DNA of 64,000 nucleotides, from the NCBI RefSeq assembly GCF_020745735.1, contig NC_083437.1, positions 15,314,001-15,378,000 of the forward strand. The letters run 5' to 3'. Positions within the stretch are counted from its first letter, which is position 1; each line of letters begins with the position of its first letter. The notes beneath the pieces are model-generated. The model worked only from the letters and a program-made list of their open reading frames with translations. It did not search any database and had not been told where the DNA came from. The translations under genes were made by a program, and so were the position numbers. The stretch is from Hemiscyllium ocellatum. Taxonomy: Eukaryota. Positions 13,381-26,252 of this stretch are shown one piece after another.

Positions 13381-14560
13381 TGGGGGGGGGTGGGGGAGTG
13401 GGGAAGGATGGGGTGGGGGAGTGGGGAAGGAAGGATGGGGTGGGGGAGTGGGGAAGAAGGGGAAGGAGGGAGTGGGGAAGGAAGGAGGGGGTGGGGGAGT
13501 GGGGAAGGAAGGAGGGGGTGGAGGAGTGGGGAAGGAAGGAGAGGGTGGGGGAGTGGGGAAGGAAGAAGAGGGTGGGGGAGTGGGGAAGGAAGAAGAGGGT
13601 GGGGGAGTGGGGAAGGAAGGAGGGAGTGGGGGAGTGGGGAAGGAAAGGATGGGGTAGTGGGGAATGAAGGAGGAGATGGGACGAGTGGGGATGGAAAGGA
13701 TGGGGGATGGGGAAGGAAGGAGGGGATGGGGGAGTGGGGAAGGAAGGAGGGGGTGGAGGAGTGGGGAAGGAAGGAGAGGGTGGGGGAGTGGGGAAGGAAG
13801 GAGGGAGTGGGGAAGGAAAGAGTGGGTGGGGGAGTGGGGAAGGAAGGAGGGCGTGGGGGAGTGGGGAAGGAAGAAGAGGGTGGGGGAGTGGGGAAGGAAG
13901 AAGAGGGTGGGGGAGTGGGGAAGGAAGGAGGGGGTGGGGGAGTGGGGAAGGAAGGAGGGGATGGGGGAGTGGGGAAGGAAGGAGGGGATGGGGGAGTGGG
14001 GAAGGAAGAAGAGGGTGGGGGAGTGGGGAAGGAAGGAGGGGGTGGGGGAGTGGGGAAGGAAGAAGAGGGTGGGGGAGTGGGGAAGGAGGGGATGGGGAGG
14101 AAAGAGGGGATGGGGCTGTGGGGAAGGAAGGAGGGGATGAGGGAATGGAGGTGAAGAGGAGTAGGAGAGGTATGGGAGTGGTATGGGGTAGGTGGGGGTG
14201 GAAAGGGAACTGGAGGGGTAGGGTGTGGGAGTGGTGGAGAGGAAAGGGGAATGGAGAATTTGTGGGTTGGAGGGGAAGGGGGAGTAGAGAAGGGTGGGGG
14301 AAAGGGGAGCAGTTGGAGTGGGAATGGAAGGGAGGGGAGAGTGGGGGGGAGGGGACAGAGGCAGTGGAAGTGGGGCGGGGGAAGGGGAGGGCTGAGCTAA
14401 AGGGAGGGGGAATGGGACAGGGGAAGGGGAGATGGAGGAGTGGAAGGGAGGGAGTAGTGGGGGAGAAAGGGACAGAGGGAGTGGAGGTGGGTGGGGGCAG
14501 GGGAAAGTGGAGGGGGAGTGGGGGGAAGGGAGTGCTGGGCGAGTAGTAGTGCTGGATAAG
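13381..14560 (+). repeat. G-rich minisatellite (about 21-nt GGGTGGGGGAGTGGGGAAGGAAGGA-type unit) decaying into G/A low-complexity sequence
   Basis: Directly visible tandem units at 13381-14100, degenerate to about 14560. Confidence 0.95.
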
Positions 14561-14938
14561 GGATGAGCGAGGTGGGTGGAGAGGGAGGGTAGTGGACGTG
14601 GAAAAGGAGGTCTGTTTGTGCGAGGGGCTAGGGTGATTAAAGGAGACAGAGATTGTGTTATTGGGCATGGGGGTTTAGCAGAGGGTCACCCTCAGTATTG
14701 GGATCGACCCTAAAGGGGAACGGGTCATTATACTGGGGAGTACAAGGATGAGGTGTAAGAGGGAGAGAGAAAACCCCCAAGTGGAGAGGGGAGGCGGGTG
14801 TGAGATGGTAAACCAGATTTCAGGAGGAACAGAGTTCCTATTCAACATCTCATTACTTGCCCTTTTATAGATCACAATTTCCAAATATAATACAAATCAA
14901 ATGCTCTTTCTTTACTGCATTTCTGATTCCAAACAGCC

Positions 14939-15125
14939 ACAGGCCCCTTTCTATAGGATTACATTATATTACAGAATTTGCATCAAAGATAACAGGCCAG
15001 GTTCTGTTAAGGTTATGTTACATTAGGATATACAGCACATACAAAGGCCTGGTCTATAGGATTACGTGGCTTAGGATGCACAGCAAAGGCACAGGCCTGT
15101 TTCTGTAGAATTGCATTGCATAGGA
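14939..15125 (+). repeat. Degenerate ~50-bp tandem repeat, 4 units
   Basis: Units start with a(c/a)aggcc at 14939, 14992, 15043 and 15091, each followed by a tct(a/g)tag(g/a)att-like motif. Confidence 0.6.
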
Positions 15126-15204
15126 GCTTTAACAATCCCAAAGCAGAGAAGTCAGAAGACAAACGAGTCCAGTTTAGTGAGTTAGCCTATATCTGAGTGA
15201 CCAT

Positions 15205-15612
15205 TGAGTCATAGAGATGTACAGCATGGAAACAGACCCTTCGGCCCAACCCGTCCATGCCGACCAGATATCCCAACCCAATGTAGTCCCATCTGCCAGC
15301 ACCTGGCCCATATCCCTCCAAACCCTTCCTATTCATATACCCATCCAAGTGCCTCTTAAATGTTGCAATTGTACCAGCCTCCACCACATCTTCTGGCAGC
15401 TCATTCCATACCCGTACCACCCTCTGTGTGAAAAAGTTGCCCCTTAGGTCTCTTTTATATCTTTCCCCTCTCACCCTAAACCTATGCCCTATAGTTCTGG
15501 ACTGCCCGACCCCAGGGAAAAGACTGTCTATTTATCCTATCCATGCCCCTCAGAATTTTATAAGGTCACCCCTCAGCCTCCGATGCTCCAGGAAAACAGC
15601 CCCAGCCTGTTC
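15205..15612 (-). mobile_element. CR1 LINE 3' fragment
   Basis: RDLRGNFFTQRVVRVWNELP; tatgactc tail. Confidence 0.9.
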
Positions 15613-15694
15613 AATGATTCTCTTCCATAATGTCAAATGAATATGCAGAGATTCACTGAAAGCTAACACATGTAACCTCATCGGTTGACTGTTT

Positions 15695-16282
15695 TAGGAG
15701 GTCATGTTGCAGTTTCCCAGGACATTGGTTGCGTCCCTTTTGTAATATTGCGTGCAATTCTGGTCCCCCTCTTCTTGGAAGGATGCTGTGAAACTTGAAA
15801 GGGTTCAGGAAACATTTACAAGGACTTTGCCAGGGTTGGAGAGTTTGAGCTATAGGGAAAGGCTGAACAGGCTGGGGCTGTTTTTGCTGGAGCATCAGAG
15901 GCTAGAGGGTGACCTTATCAAGGTTTATAAAATCATAACGGGCATGGGATAGGATAAATAGACCAGGTTTTTTTTTCCTGGAATGGGAGAGTCCAAAACT
16001 AGAGGGCATAGGTTTCAGGTGAGCAGGGAAAGATTTAAAAGGGACCTAAGGGGCAACTTTTTCATGCAGAGGGTGAATGGTGTGTGGAAAGAGTTGCCAG
16101 AAGAAGTACTGAAGGCTGGTACAATTCCAACATTTAATCTGGATAGGTATATGAATAGAAAGGGTTTGGAGGGATATGGACCAAGTGCTGGCAAATGAAG
16201 CTAGATTAATTTAGGATATCTGGTCAGCGTGGACAGTTGGACCGAAAGGTCTGTTTCCGTACTGTATGTGCTGACTCTATAA
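15695..16282 (+). mobile_element. CR1 LINE 3' fragment
   Basis: VQFWSP...LERVQ...TRGH. Confidence 0.9.
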
Positions 16283-16934
16283 CTTGTTCAGAGATGTTAT
16301 TATACACCTCTGGAGGAGATGGGTCTTTAACACAGTCCTCCCAGTCCAGTGGAGGGACACTACCATTACAGCACAGGAGCACCCCACTTCATCAGTTGAT
16401 TATGAAACGGTGATGGTAAGGGTGATATATTCACTGGGGTTGTGCGTGACAGCAGTAATGCTTATTTTTCTCCACAGCACTCATGTTGTGTGTATGTAAG
16501 ATGTTTTAACCTAGTTTTAGAGCACTCATTTTTTTAAGGTAGAGGCCATTGCCTATGGAGCCTCTTGGAAGTTTCTCAGGATTGAAGCCACTTCAACCAG
16601 ATGCCTGGGGATACCCAGCAGGTGTTTGCAGCTAAACAGATCGCTGATGTTGAAGCACGAAACCCAGTGTCAGGGTCTGCCTACTTGACACAGGCTTCAT
16701 TCACTGAGTATCCTGCTTTTCATTTTTGAGCATTAATGAACATTTTCCTCAATGTATATTTATTATCTTTATTTGTATCCTGCATGCACTTCATCCTGTA
16801 ACTTGTACCTATCAAATGTTCAGTCAATCATATTTCTTCAGAACAGATTTTTTTTAAAGGTGTCAGTTCTTCAAGTGGTTTACTAGTAAACCTAAAACAG
16901 AATGTTAGTTGAGTATTTAGCCATTTACTATGAA

Positions 16935-17815
16935 ACATGATGCCTTCTATGCTCGCTTTGAGCAGAATTTCAGCGGAGAGGTAAAACCTGACCACCCTAT
17001 CCCAACAGTCACTGCATCAGAGATCGGATCAGTTTCCCTTCGTGTGAATCCAAGGGAAGCCATCGGACCAGATGGAGTACCAGGCCATGCACTCAGAGCA
17101 TGCGCAGATCAACTGACAGAGGTCTTCTCGGACATCTTCAACCTCTCCCTGCAGCAGGCCACTCTCTCTGCCTGTTTCAAGAGGGCCAACATCATCCCTG
17201 AGCCTAAGAAGGCTCATGCAGCATATCTCAATGACTACCGCCCAGGGGCCCTAACTTCGGTGGTTAGGTAGTGCTTTGAAAGGCTGGTCATGGCATTAAT
17301 CAACTCCAGCCTCCCCACTACTCTTGACCCACTCCAATTTGCCTATCGGACCAACAGATCCACACCAGATGCCATATCACTTGCCATTCACTCCTCCCTA
17401 GAACATCTTGACACCAAGAACAGCTACATAAGAATCCTACTCATTGACTACAGTTCAGCCTTCAACACTATTATCCCCTCAAGACTGATTACTAAACTTA
17501 CTGATCTCGGACTAAGACCCACTCTCTGTAACTGGTTCCTCAGTTGTCTGACCCACAGGCCACGATCAGTGAAGATTGGGGACAATTTTTCATTCTCACT
17601 AACATTCAACACTGGAGCCCCCCAGGGGTGTGTACTCAGTCCCCTAATGTACTCACTGTATACCCATGACTGTGTCACTAAATATCAGATTAATGCCATT
17701 TACAAGTTCGCTCATGACACCACCATAGTTGGTCAAATCTCAGATGGCGATGAAACAGACTACAGATGGGAGGTGGAAAATCTGGAAAAATGGTGCTCTG
17801 AGAACAACCTATCTG
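16935..17815 (+). mobile_element. Rex1/Babar-like LINE RT fragment
   Basis: [52 protein letters not shown]; one internal stop. Confidence 0.85.
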
Positions 17816-17884
17816 TTAACACAATACTATTACTAATAAATTACCTACTATTCTATCAGAACAAACATATCTACTTAAACCAGA

Positions 17885-18205
17885 GGACCAAACCAGAGGA
17901 CACAGCTTAAAAATATGGGGTAGATCATTTAGGACAGAGATGAGGAGAAACTTCTTCACCCAGAGAGTGGTGGCTGTGTGGAATGCTCTGCCCCAGAGGG
18001 CAGTGGAGGCCCAGTCTCTGGATTCATTTAAGAAAGAGTTGGATAGAGCTCTCAAAGATAGTGGAATCAAGGGTTATGGAGATAAGGCAGGAAGAGGATA
18101 CTAATTAGGAATGATCAGCCATGATCATATTGAATGGCGGTGCAGGCTTGAAGGGCTGAATGGCCTACTCCTGTACCTATTGTCTATTGTCTATTGTCTG
18201 TTGTC
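17885..18205 (+). mobile_element. CR1 LINE 3' end (second subfamily) with (ctattgt)n tail
   Basis: RGHSLKI...FFTQRVV-VWNAL; tail microsatellite. Confidence 0.85.
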
Positions 18206-18984
18206 TAAACTAAACTACAGTCAAATTTTAAAAAGTTAAATTAAGCTGAATTCAAATTAAATTAAATTACATCACATTACTTTATTCCATTCCACTCACT
18301 ACACCTCCAACTGGGAAGCATTATTTCTGGGAAGCATTTCACGATCTACCAAAGTATTGCAAAGACACTTACAGCACTGGTTTGTTTAGCTGCACATTCT
18401 ATCCAGATACTTGATGACTACTTTATGCCTTTTTAAATACGGACAGGGCACAACTGAGTTAGGTAGATCTATACATAGCCACAAGTGGCTAACTGATGTG
18501 ATACCTTACGAAAACTGTGAATTGTGGAATGTAAAGTTTGCTAGTTAAACACGCCTTTGGGATTCTGTTACGGCAAGCAATTGCAGACAATCTTTAGCAG
18601 GCTGGTTCATGACTGTTTGCATTTCACCCCTGAAGGTATGGCAAAGGCAACGAGAAATTCTGGATCACTTTTGTTTTATCTTGTTTTATCTAAGATTGAA
18701 AAGTTTCAACAGATAATCTGAAAATATTCAACAGATCATAAATTTGTGGAGAGTGAAACAGAGCTAATATTTCAGGTTTTGTCATGTTTTATCTGAACGT
18801 CCATTTTAAAATCTAGTGAAGTTGCTCACTTTTATTTAGGGATCTAGAGCGGACAGAGTGAGTTTTGAAAAGGACAGTTCTGGGTTCAATATGGGGAGGA
18901 TCACAGTAAGAAAGGTAAAATATCTTAAATACCTCTGCCCATTCCTCCTCACTGAAAACCTAAGTCAACTCCCCACACATGAGT

Positions 18985-19310
18985 TAAGACCATAAGACAT
19001 GGCAGCAGAAATTAGGCCATTCAGCCTATTCAAGTCTGCACCACCATTCAATCATGGCTGATAATTTTCAAAACCCCATTCTCCCCATAACCCTTGTTTC
19101 CCTTGGTACTCAAGAACCTATATTTTTCAGTCTTAAACGTACTCAATGACCCGGCCTCCACAGCCTTCTGTGACAATGAATTCCATAGATTCACCACTCT
19201 CTGACTGAAGAAATTTCTCCTTATCTCCATTCTAAAAGGTCTTCCCTTTACTCTAAGGCTGTGCCCTTGGGTCCTAATCTCTCCAACCAATGGAAACACC
19301 TTCCCAACAT
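18985..19310 (-). mobile_element. CR1 LINE 3' end
   Basis: GHSLRV...FFSQRVVNLWNSL. Confidence 0.85.
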
Positions 19311-19409
19311 CTTAGCAAGGAGCCTTGGCAGATTTTTTAACAGCAGTTTGAAAGGCATTCAGAGACTCTAATTACAGCAACAGTTTTGTATTAGACAATC
19401 CATATTTCT

Positions 19410-22400
19410 GACTTAGTTAACTAAACAACATGAAGACCACCCCGTCAAATAAATCTCCCAAACAAGAGATTCCCTTATTCTCCCATGCCTTAAAGCCGGA
19501 GTCCAATACCCTGTGTTTAAATCCTGAGGCTCCCGCCAAAGGAATAAATGGCGAGATCTTAAGCCAATTCCCTCGTCCTGCCTCATTATCTTCCAAGCTT
19601 TCACCGTATTCAAAATGATTAGACACTTACACTTCTCAGTCACAGAGTTCATCTTATCCATGAATAATAGATTACCTAGGGGACAGCTTGACTGCGAGGC
19701 TTCAATGTCAAGCCAAATAGACTCCGACTCGCCCCATACCCAGTCACCCACAGATTTTAACAGGGCGCTTCAAGTCTGGAAGGTCCACAGCACGCCTCCC
19801 CCTGGTTCAACCTGTGGGAGCTGCAACACCAAATGAAGGACCCAAGCCAACTATTAAGCCTCCGTAACAGTCATCTGGGTAGCAGTAACGGAAGCATTCT
19901 CATGAGGTACAACAGTCGAGGAAGAATATTAACTTTAATCAGGGCTGTTCGGCCTAACCATGATAACGGTAACCCCTCCCACCGCTGCAAATCCGGTTTT
20001 ATGCTCTCCACTAATTGTGCATAGTTAGCTTTATACAGCTGGTGGAGGGCAGAGGTAATAAAAATTCCCAAATACAAAAAAATCTTTTGAGGACCATCTA
20101 AACGGGAACTGCATTTCCATCCTTCAGATCAGGAACCTCCACTAATCCCCCCACTGGCATGGATTCTGATTTTGTGAAGTTGATCCTGTATCCCGAAAAT
20201 AGGGGTATGGATTTCTCCGAATTGGCCGAAAGCAAAAGGACATCATCAGTGTATAGAGTGATCTTATGCTTCCCCCATTCCTATCCTTGGCACCACTATT
20301 TCTGGGTCCGTCCTGATAACCTCGGCTAATGGCTCAATTGCCAAGGTGACTAACAGCAATGAGAGAGGACATCCCTGTTGGCTATCTCTCCTAATACTAA
20401 AGTTATCAGACTTAGTACCGTTTCTAATGACTGCCGCCTTTGAATCATTGTACAACACCACCCCCCACCTAGCAATGGCTCCCCTCAGCCCAAAGCGCTC
20501 TAAGACCCCAAACAGGTATAGCCATTCCACCCAGTCAAATGCCTTTTCCTCATCTGGGGAGAGCACCGTACCCAGGATCAATCTTTGCTGGCATACTTGC
20601 AGTATGTTCAGTACCCTCCTGATATTGTTGGATGAGTTACAGCCTTTGATAAAACCCATCTGATCTCCTTTTATAATATCGGACAATACCTTTTCCAAAC
20701 TCAGGGGCAGCACCTCTGGCAGAATTTTAAAGTCCACACTCAATAACGAAATTTGTCTGTAAGATGCACATTCTTTAGGGTCTTTCCCCTTCTTTAAAAC
20801 GAGGGAGATATTAGCCTCCCTAAGAGAGGGCAGAAACCAATCCCGTGTATATGAATGGCTGTACATTCCCAAACGTGGCTGCGCCAACACATTTATGATA
20901 TCCTTATAAAATTCACTCGGGAATCCATCAGGCCCCAGTGCTTTGCCACCCCGGAGATGCTTTATTGCTTCCTGCACCTCTTGTATCTTCATAGATGCAT
21001 TTAACAGGAAGGCCTGTTCTGCATTTATTACAGGGAATTCCAGGTTCTCAAAAATGGACTGCATTCACGCTGCACCATCTTTGCCACCCTCCGACCGATA
21101 TAACTCTGCAAAGTATTCCCTAAATCTAACACTGATCTTCTTCAACTCACGGGTAACCGTGCCAGCCTTCTCTCTAGCAGACATATTGGATTGGGAAGCA
21201 TTTTTCTTTCTAGCCAAATATGCCAGCTATCTACCTGGCTTATCTTCAAATTCAAACAGTCTTTGCTTAGTAATGGAGCCCTCTTTTGTTGCCATCTGTG
21301 TTGAGAGTCGAGAGCAGCCTGGAGTGCTGTGACCCGCTGCAGCTTGACCAATGAGGGCCTCTTATAATGTGCTTCCTCAGCTTCCTTCAGCTGGGAATCC
21401 ATCATCCGCTGCTGCTCCTCCCTCTGCCTCCTTCTAGTCATCGAATACAAAATAACCAGGCGTTGTAAACATGCCTTAGTGACCTCCCAAAGTATTGCCG
21501 GATTACTGGCCATACCTGAGTTGATATCCCAGAACACCCTGAACTCTCTTATAATGTACTCAGCAAATTTGCTATCCCTTAATAGGAATGGGTCCATGCA
21601 CCAGTGCTGTACATCAATTCCACCACCCTTGATTTAACATCTAAATACAATGATGCATGGTCCAAGATAGTTATATTCCCAAACAGACTGTCAGGTTAAG
21701 GAACATGTCAATTCACGTGTGGCACTTGTGTGGATTGGAATAAAAAGTAAAATCTCTTCCATTGGGTGGAGATGCCTCCACAAATCCACTCATTCCAACT
21801 CTTCACACAAGTCCACCAACTATCTAGATTGTGCGGGCATACCTGCCAGGGCCGTGTCTAACCCAGGATCCATTAGGCAGTTAAAATCCCCTCCTCTGAT
21901 CGTGCAGCGCACCCCAAGATTCATCAGCTTAGCAACTGCATCAATTAGAAATTTAACAGGATGCGCCAGGGCACAACAAACATTCAGGACTCCATGCCCT
22001 TCTCCATGTATCCGAGCTTTAAGACTGATGAACCATCCGTATTCGTCTTTAATTTGCTCAGTTACTTGGAAAGAGAGGTTCCTTCTTACCAGTACAACCA
22101 TTCCTCTACTCTTGGAGCTAAAGGAGCAGAAGAACACCCTATCATGACCCCCCTGCCGCAGTTTCAGATGTTCCTTGTCAGTTAAATGAGTCTCCTGCAG
22201 CAGGACAATGTCAACCTTTTCCTTCCTAAGGCTTGACAGCACCTTCTTTCTTTTAATGGGGGAATGGCTCCCTTTTTCAGTTCAGGTGCACCATCCAATC
22301 AGATCACTAGCCATGGTCATCCAGGGCAGCTTGTGATTTCCCAAGAGGAGGAAACTTATCTGAGGTGCAGCGAGCAAGAAAAGCATTAACTCTATAAAGC

Positions 22401-24968
22401 CTAAAAACGACTCCTATGAAAACTACTATAACTAAAAGACTAACTACTACATTTAACTTAAACAAATACCCAACTAAACCCCAATTCACTGGAGATCTCC
22501 CCCACACCCCACCCCGCCCATAGTGGGCAATCCTCCCAATCCTTGCTACCATCCTGGATTCTTCCAGCTGAGGTCACACCCCAGTCCCAGGCAATTCACA
22601 GACAAAGCGAACATGTTATTTACATTCCTAAGAGTTAACAATGGATGCCCACTTTCCCCATTCCATACCACTTCTCCATCCATCTTAACCATAGATATGG
22701 CCACCCCCAATCTGGAAAAGGACAGCAAAAAAAAACCCGGACAATAACCAACTCAGACTCTACCAAAATAAAGTCATGGAGTCATAGAGATGTAAAGTAC
22801 GGAAACAGACCCTTCAGTCCAACCGTTCGTGCTGACCAGATATCCCAACCCAATCTAGTCCCACCTGCCAGCACCTGGCCCATATCCCTCCAAACCCTTC
22901 CTATTCATATACCCATCCAAATGCCTCTTAAATGTTGCAATTGTACCAGCCTCCACCACATCCTCTGGCAGCTCATTCCATATACGTACCACCACCTGTG
23001 TGAAAAAGTTGCCCCTTAGGCCTCTTTTATATCTTTCCCCTCTCACCCTAAACCTATGCCCTCAAGTTCTGGACTCCCCCACCCCAGGGAAAAGACCTTG
23101 TCTATTTACCCTATCCATACCCCTTATGATTTTATAAACCTCTGTAAGGTCACCCCTCAGCCTATGACGCTCCAGAGAAAACAGTCCTAGATTGTCCAAC
23201 CTCTTCCTAATGTTAAATAAATCAAATTTTACACCAAGGCTGTACAGAATCGATCAGACCAATAACCACAAAAATGGAGAAAGAAAAGGGGCAGAGAAAA
23301 TGAAAAAGAAAAACCGTACCATTGTCCATAATGGTGTCCCCCGCCCATCTCCCGCTCCCGCTCCCCCACCTCCGCCCGCCAACCCAAGTCCTTTATTTCA
23401 AAGAGTTCTCAAAGTCCTTTGCCTTTTCTGCCAAATCAAAGTTATAGACCGACCCTCCGTAAGTGAAACGCAACACTGCCGGGCATCTCAAAGAATATTG
23501 AATGCTTAGGTCTCTTAATTTCCTCTTGACTTCATCGAGTGCCTTTCTCTTCTTAATTATGGCTCCAGAGAAGTCTTGAAATAATATTATTCTTGAGTCT
23601 TTCTATATTAAAACCTGTTGATATCTTCTCAGTCTTCTTGCTGTTTCAACCATTAACTGTTTTGCTTTATAGTACTGGGACCAGGCGGGGATGCAGGTTT
23701 GGCCCAGACCTGCGCATTGCAATCCGGTGGACCCGCTCCACAATCACCAGGCCCGACTCTACCTCCAGCCCCAGGAAATTTGGTAGCCACTTCTCCAGGA
23801 ATCTAATGAGATCCTCGCCTTCCTTGTGCTCCGGGACACCCACGAACCCTAAGTTTTTCCACCTACTTTTATTTTCCAGGTCGTCCATTTGTTCCTGAAG
23901 GACCCGAACCTCTTCTTCCAGTGTTCAGATCCGTCCTCCCGAGGCCTCCGCCGCGGTCTCCAATTCCCGCGATCATCTGCTCCACCACGTCTTCTCGTCA
24001 GTCCAGTGTTTGGGTCTCCTGCTCATGTTTCTTCAGCATGGCGTATATTGGCTTCAGTGCTGCCTCAATCTTTTCTCAAAGTTTAGCTAACTCCAAGAGT
24101 GAATGCTGCTACCCCACTAAATCCAAAGGGGCTGCCCCAGGAGTTTGAGCAATGGCTACCGGCACCCCGACACAAGAGGAGTGCCCTGCTTGCTGTACTC
24201 ATAGAGACAGAGATATACAGCATGGAATCAGACTCTTTGGTCCAACCCGTCCATGCCAACCAGATATCCCAACCCAATCTAGTCCAACCTGCCAGCACCC
24301 GGCCCCTATCCCTCCAAACCTTTCCTGTTCATATACCCATCCAAATGCCTTTTAAATGTAGCAATTGTACCAGCCTCCACCACTTTCTCTGGTAGCTCAT
24401 TCCATACACGTACCACCCTCTGTGTGAAAAAGTTGCCCCTTAGGTCTCTTTTATATCTTTCCCCTCTCACCCTAAACCTATGCCTTCTAGTTCTGGACTC
24501 CCCCACCCCAGGAAAAGACTTTATCTACTTATCCTGTCCATGCCCGTCATGATTTTGTAAATCTCTATAAGGTCACCCCTCAGCCTCTGATGCTCCAGGG
24601 AAAACAGCCCCAGCCTGTTCAGCCTCTACCTGTAGCTCAAATCTTCCAACCCTGGCAGCATCTTTGTAAATCTTTTCTGAACCCTTTCAAGTTTCACAAC
24701 ATCTTTCTGATAGGATGGAGAGCAAAATTGCACACAATATTCCAACAATGGCCTAACTACTCCTTTCACTCCTTTTCCTTTATTCACCTTCACCCTGATC
24801 CTGTCAAATCACAGTTTTAGCAGCTCCAGATGTTCAACAAATTTATGTTATCAATTTTTCTCCTCGGGGTGTTTAGCGAGGGGCGTAAAGGTCCACCTTG
24901 TCTGGGATATGGCACAGAGCCCAGCACAGCAGGCCTCTCAGACTGCCGCCATCTTGGATCTCCCCGAG
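19410..24968 (-). mobile_element. L1-clade LINE with 5' UTR, ORF1 and ORF2 (EN + RT), degenerate, 3' end missing, interrupted by two CR1 insertions (22772-23210, 24198-24757)
   Basis: ORF1 DDLENKSRWKNLGFVGVPE; EN LLQETHL and GGDFN; RT GPDGFPSEFYK, EKAFDWVEW, QQGCPLS, YLGIFIT. Confidence 0.9.
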
Positions 24969-24971
24969 GCC

Positions 24972-25425
24972 AACCATTTCAACTCCCCCAAGGACATGCA
25001 AGTATTGGGCCTCCTCCTCTGCCAAACCCAAGCCACCCAACATTTGGAAGAAGAACGCCTCATCTTCCACTTTGGGACCACACAGCATCAACATTAACTT
25101 CATCGGTTTCCTTATCTCACCTCCCCCTACTTCATCCCAGATCAAACTCTCCAATTTGGCACTGCCCTCATGACCTGCCCTACATGTCCATCTTCCTTCC
25201 GCTCCACCCTCCCCTCCAACCTCACTCCATTACCCCTCCACCTGAATCTACCTGTTGCCTTCCTCCCACCCACATCCCCAACCCCACCCTCCTTTTCATC
25301 TCTCAGCCCACTTTCCCCACCCAAAATTCCTGATAAAGGGCTTATGCCCGAAATGTCAACTCTACTGCTCCTCAGATGCTGCCTGGCCTGCTGTGCTTTT
25401 CCAGCACCACATTTTTCGACCCGAA
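24972..25425 (+). mobile_element. Neptune-type PLE 3' fragment with decayed hammerhead (25330-25357)
   Basis: HFNSPKDMQVLGLL...LEEERLIFHFGT matches the C-terminus of the 33.6-kb element; CTGATAA-GGGCTTATGCCC-GAAATGTC. Confidence 0.8.
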
Positions 25426-26054
25426 ATTTTAAGAAATCACAAATATCATGTGCAATCCTGTTTAGTGTGTGACTGACTGGGAATTCAGGAACAAAAACTA
25501 CCGCTGACCTTTTACCTTCTTCAATGTATTGGTTTCAGGTGACTTTGAGACAGAAAATGGGAATGGTGCACTATTATATGTTTTAGAACATTTTCCAAAG
25601 TCAGAATCTACCATATTGTATCAAATTGCACCTCTCCTAGAGCAGTCGTCAACTGGAGTACTGGAGTATTGTGTCCCCTTCTGATCACGCTGTTAGAGGA
25701 AGGATATTATTAAGCTGGAGCAGGTTCAGAAGAGAGTTACCAGGATGTTGCTGGGAATGGAGGGTTTGAGAACAGGGAGAGGAGGCTGGAGAGACTGGAA
25801 CATTTTTCACTGGAGTGTAAGAGATTGAGAGGTTACCTTATAGAGGTTTATAAAATCATGAGGAGTATAGACAAGGTGAATGGCAGGTGTCTTTTCCCCT
25901 GGGATGGGGGATTTCAAGACTAGGGGCATATTTTTAAGGTGAGAGTAGAGAGATCTTAAAAAGACACAAAGAGCAATTTATTTTATACACAGAGAGTAGT
26001 TCATGTGTGGAATGAACTTCCAGAGGAAATGGTGGATGCATGTACAGTCAAAAA

Positions 26055-26252
26055 AGCTGAAAATGTGTTGCTGGTTAAAGCACAGCAGGTTAGGCAGCAT
26101 CCAAGGAATAGGAAATTCGACGTTTCGGGCATAAGCCCTTCATCAGGAATTAGGATTTCCTATTCCTTGGATGCTGCCTAACCTGCTGTGCTTTAACCAG
26201 CAACACATTTTCAGCTGTGATCTCCAGCATCTGCAGACCTCATTTTTTACCT
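26055..26252. mobile_element. PLE-derived inverted-repeat mini-element inserted in a CR1
   Basis: Perfect 62-bp arms (26055-26116 / 26155-26216) around a hammerhead core; imperfect flanking duplication tgcatgtacagtca / tgcaggcacagtca. Confidence 0.85.
26114..26151 (-). ncRNA. Minimal type I hammerhead ribozyme, intact core
   Basis: AAUUC-CUGAUGA-A-GGGC(UUAU)GCCC-GAAAC-GUC^GAAUU; predicted cut between 26119 and 26118. Confidence 0.8.

Noticed and set aside
11296-14668. Long Gly/Arg/Glu- or Pro-rich ORFs (up to 494 aa)
   Set aside because: Open in many frames only because the G-rich repeats lack stop codons; no evidence of a real protein
14939-15125. CRISPR-like repeat-spacer array
   Set aside because: Eukaryotic context, degenerate units with no unique spacers, no cas genes
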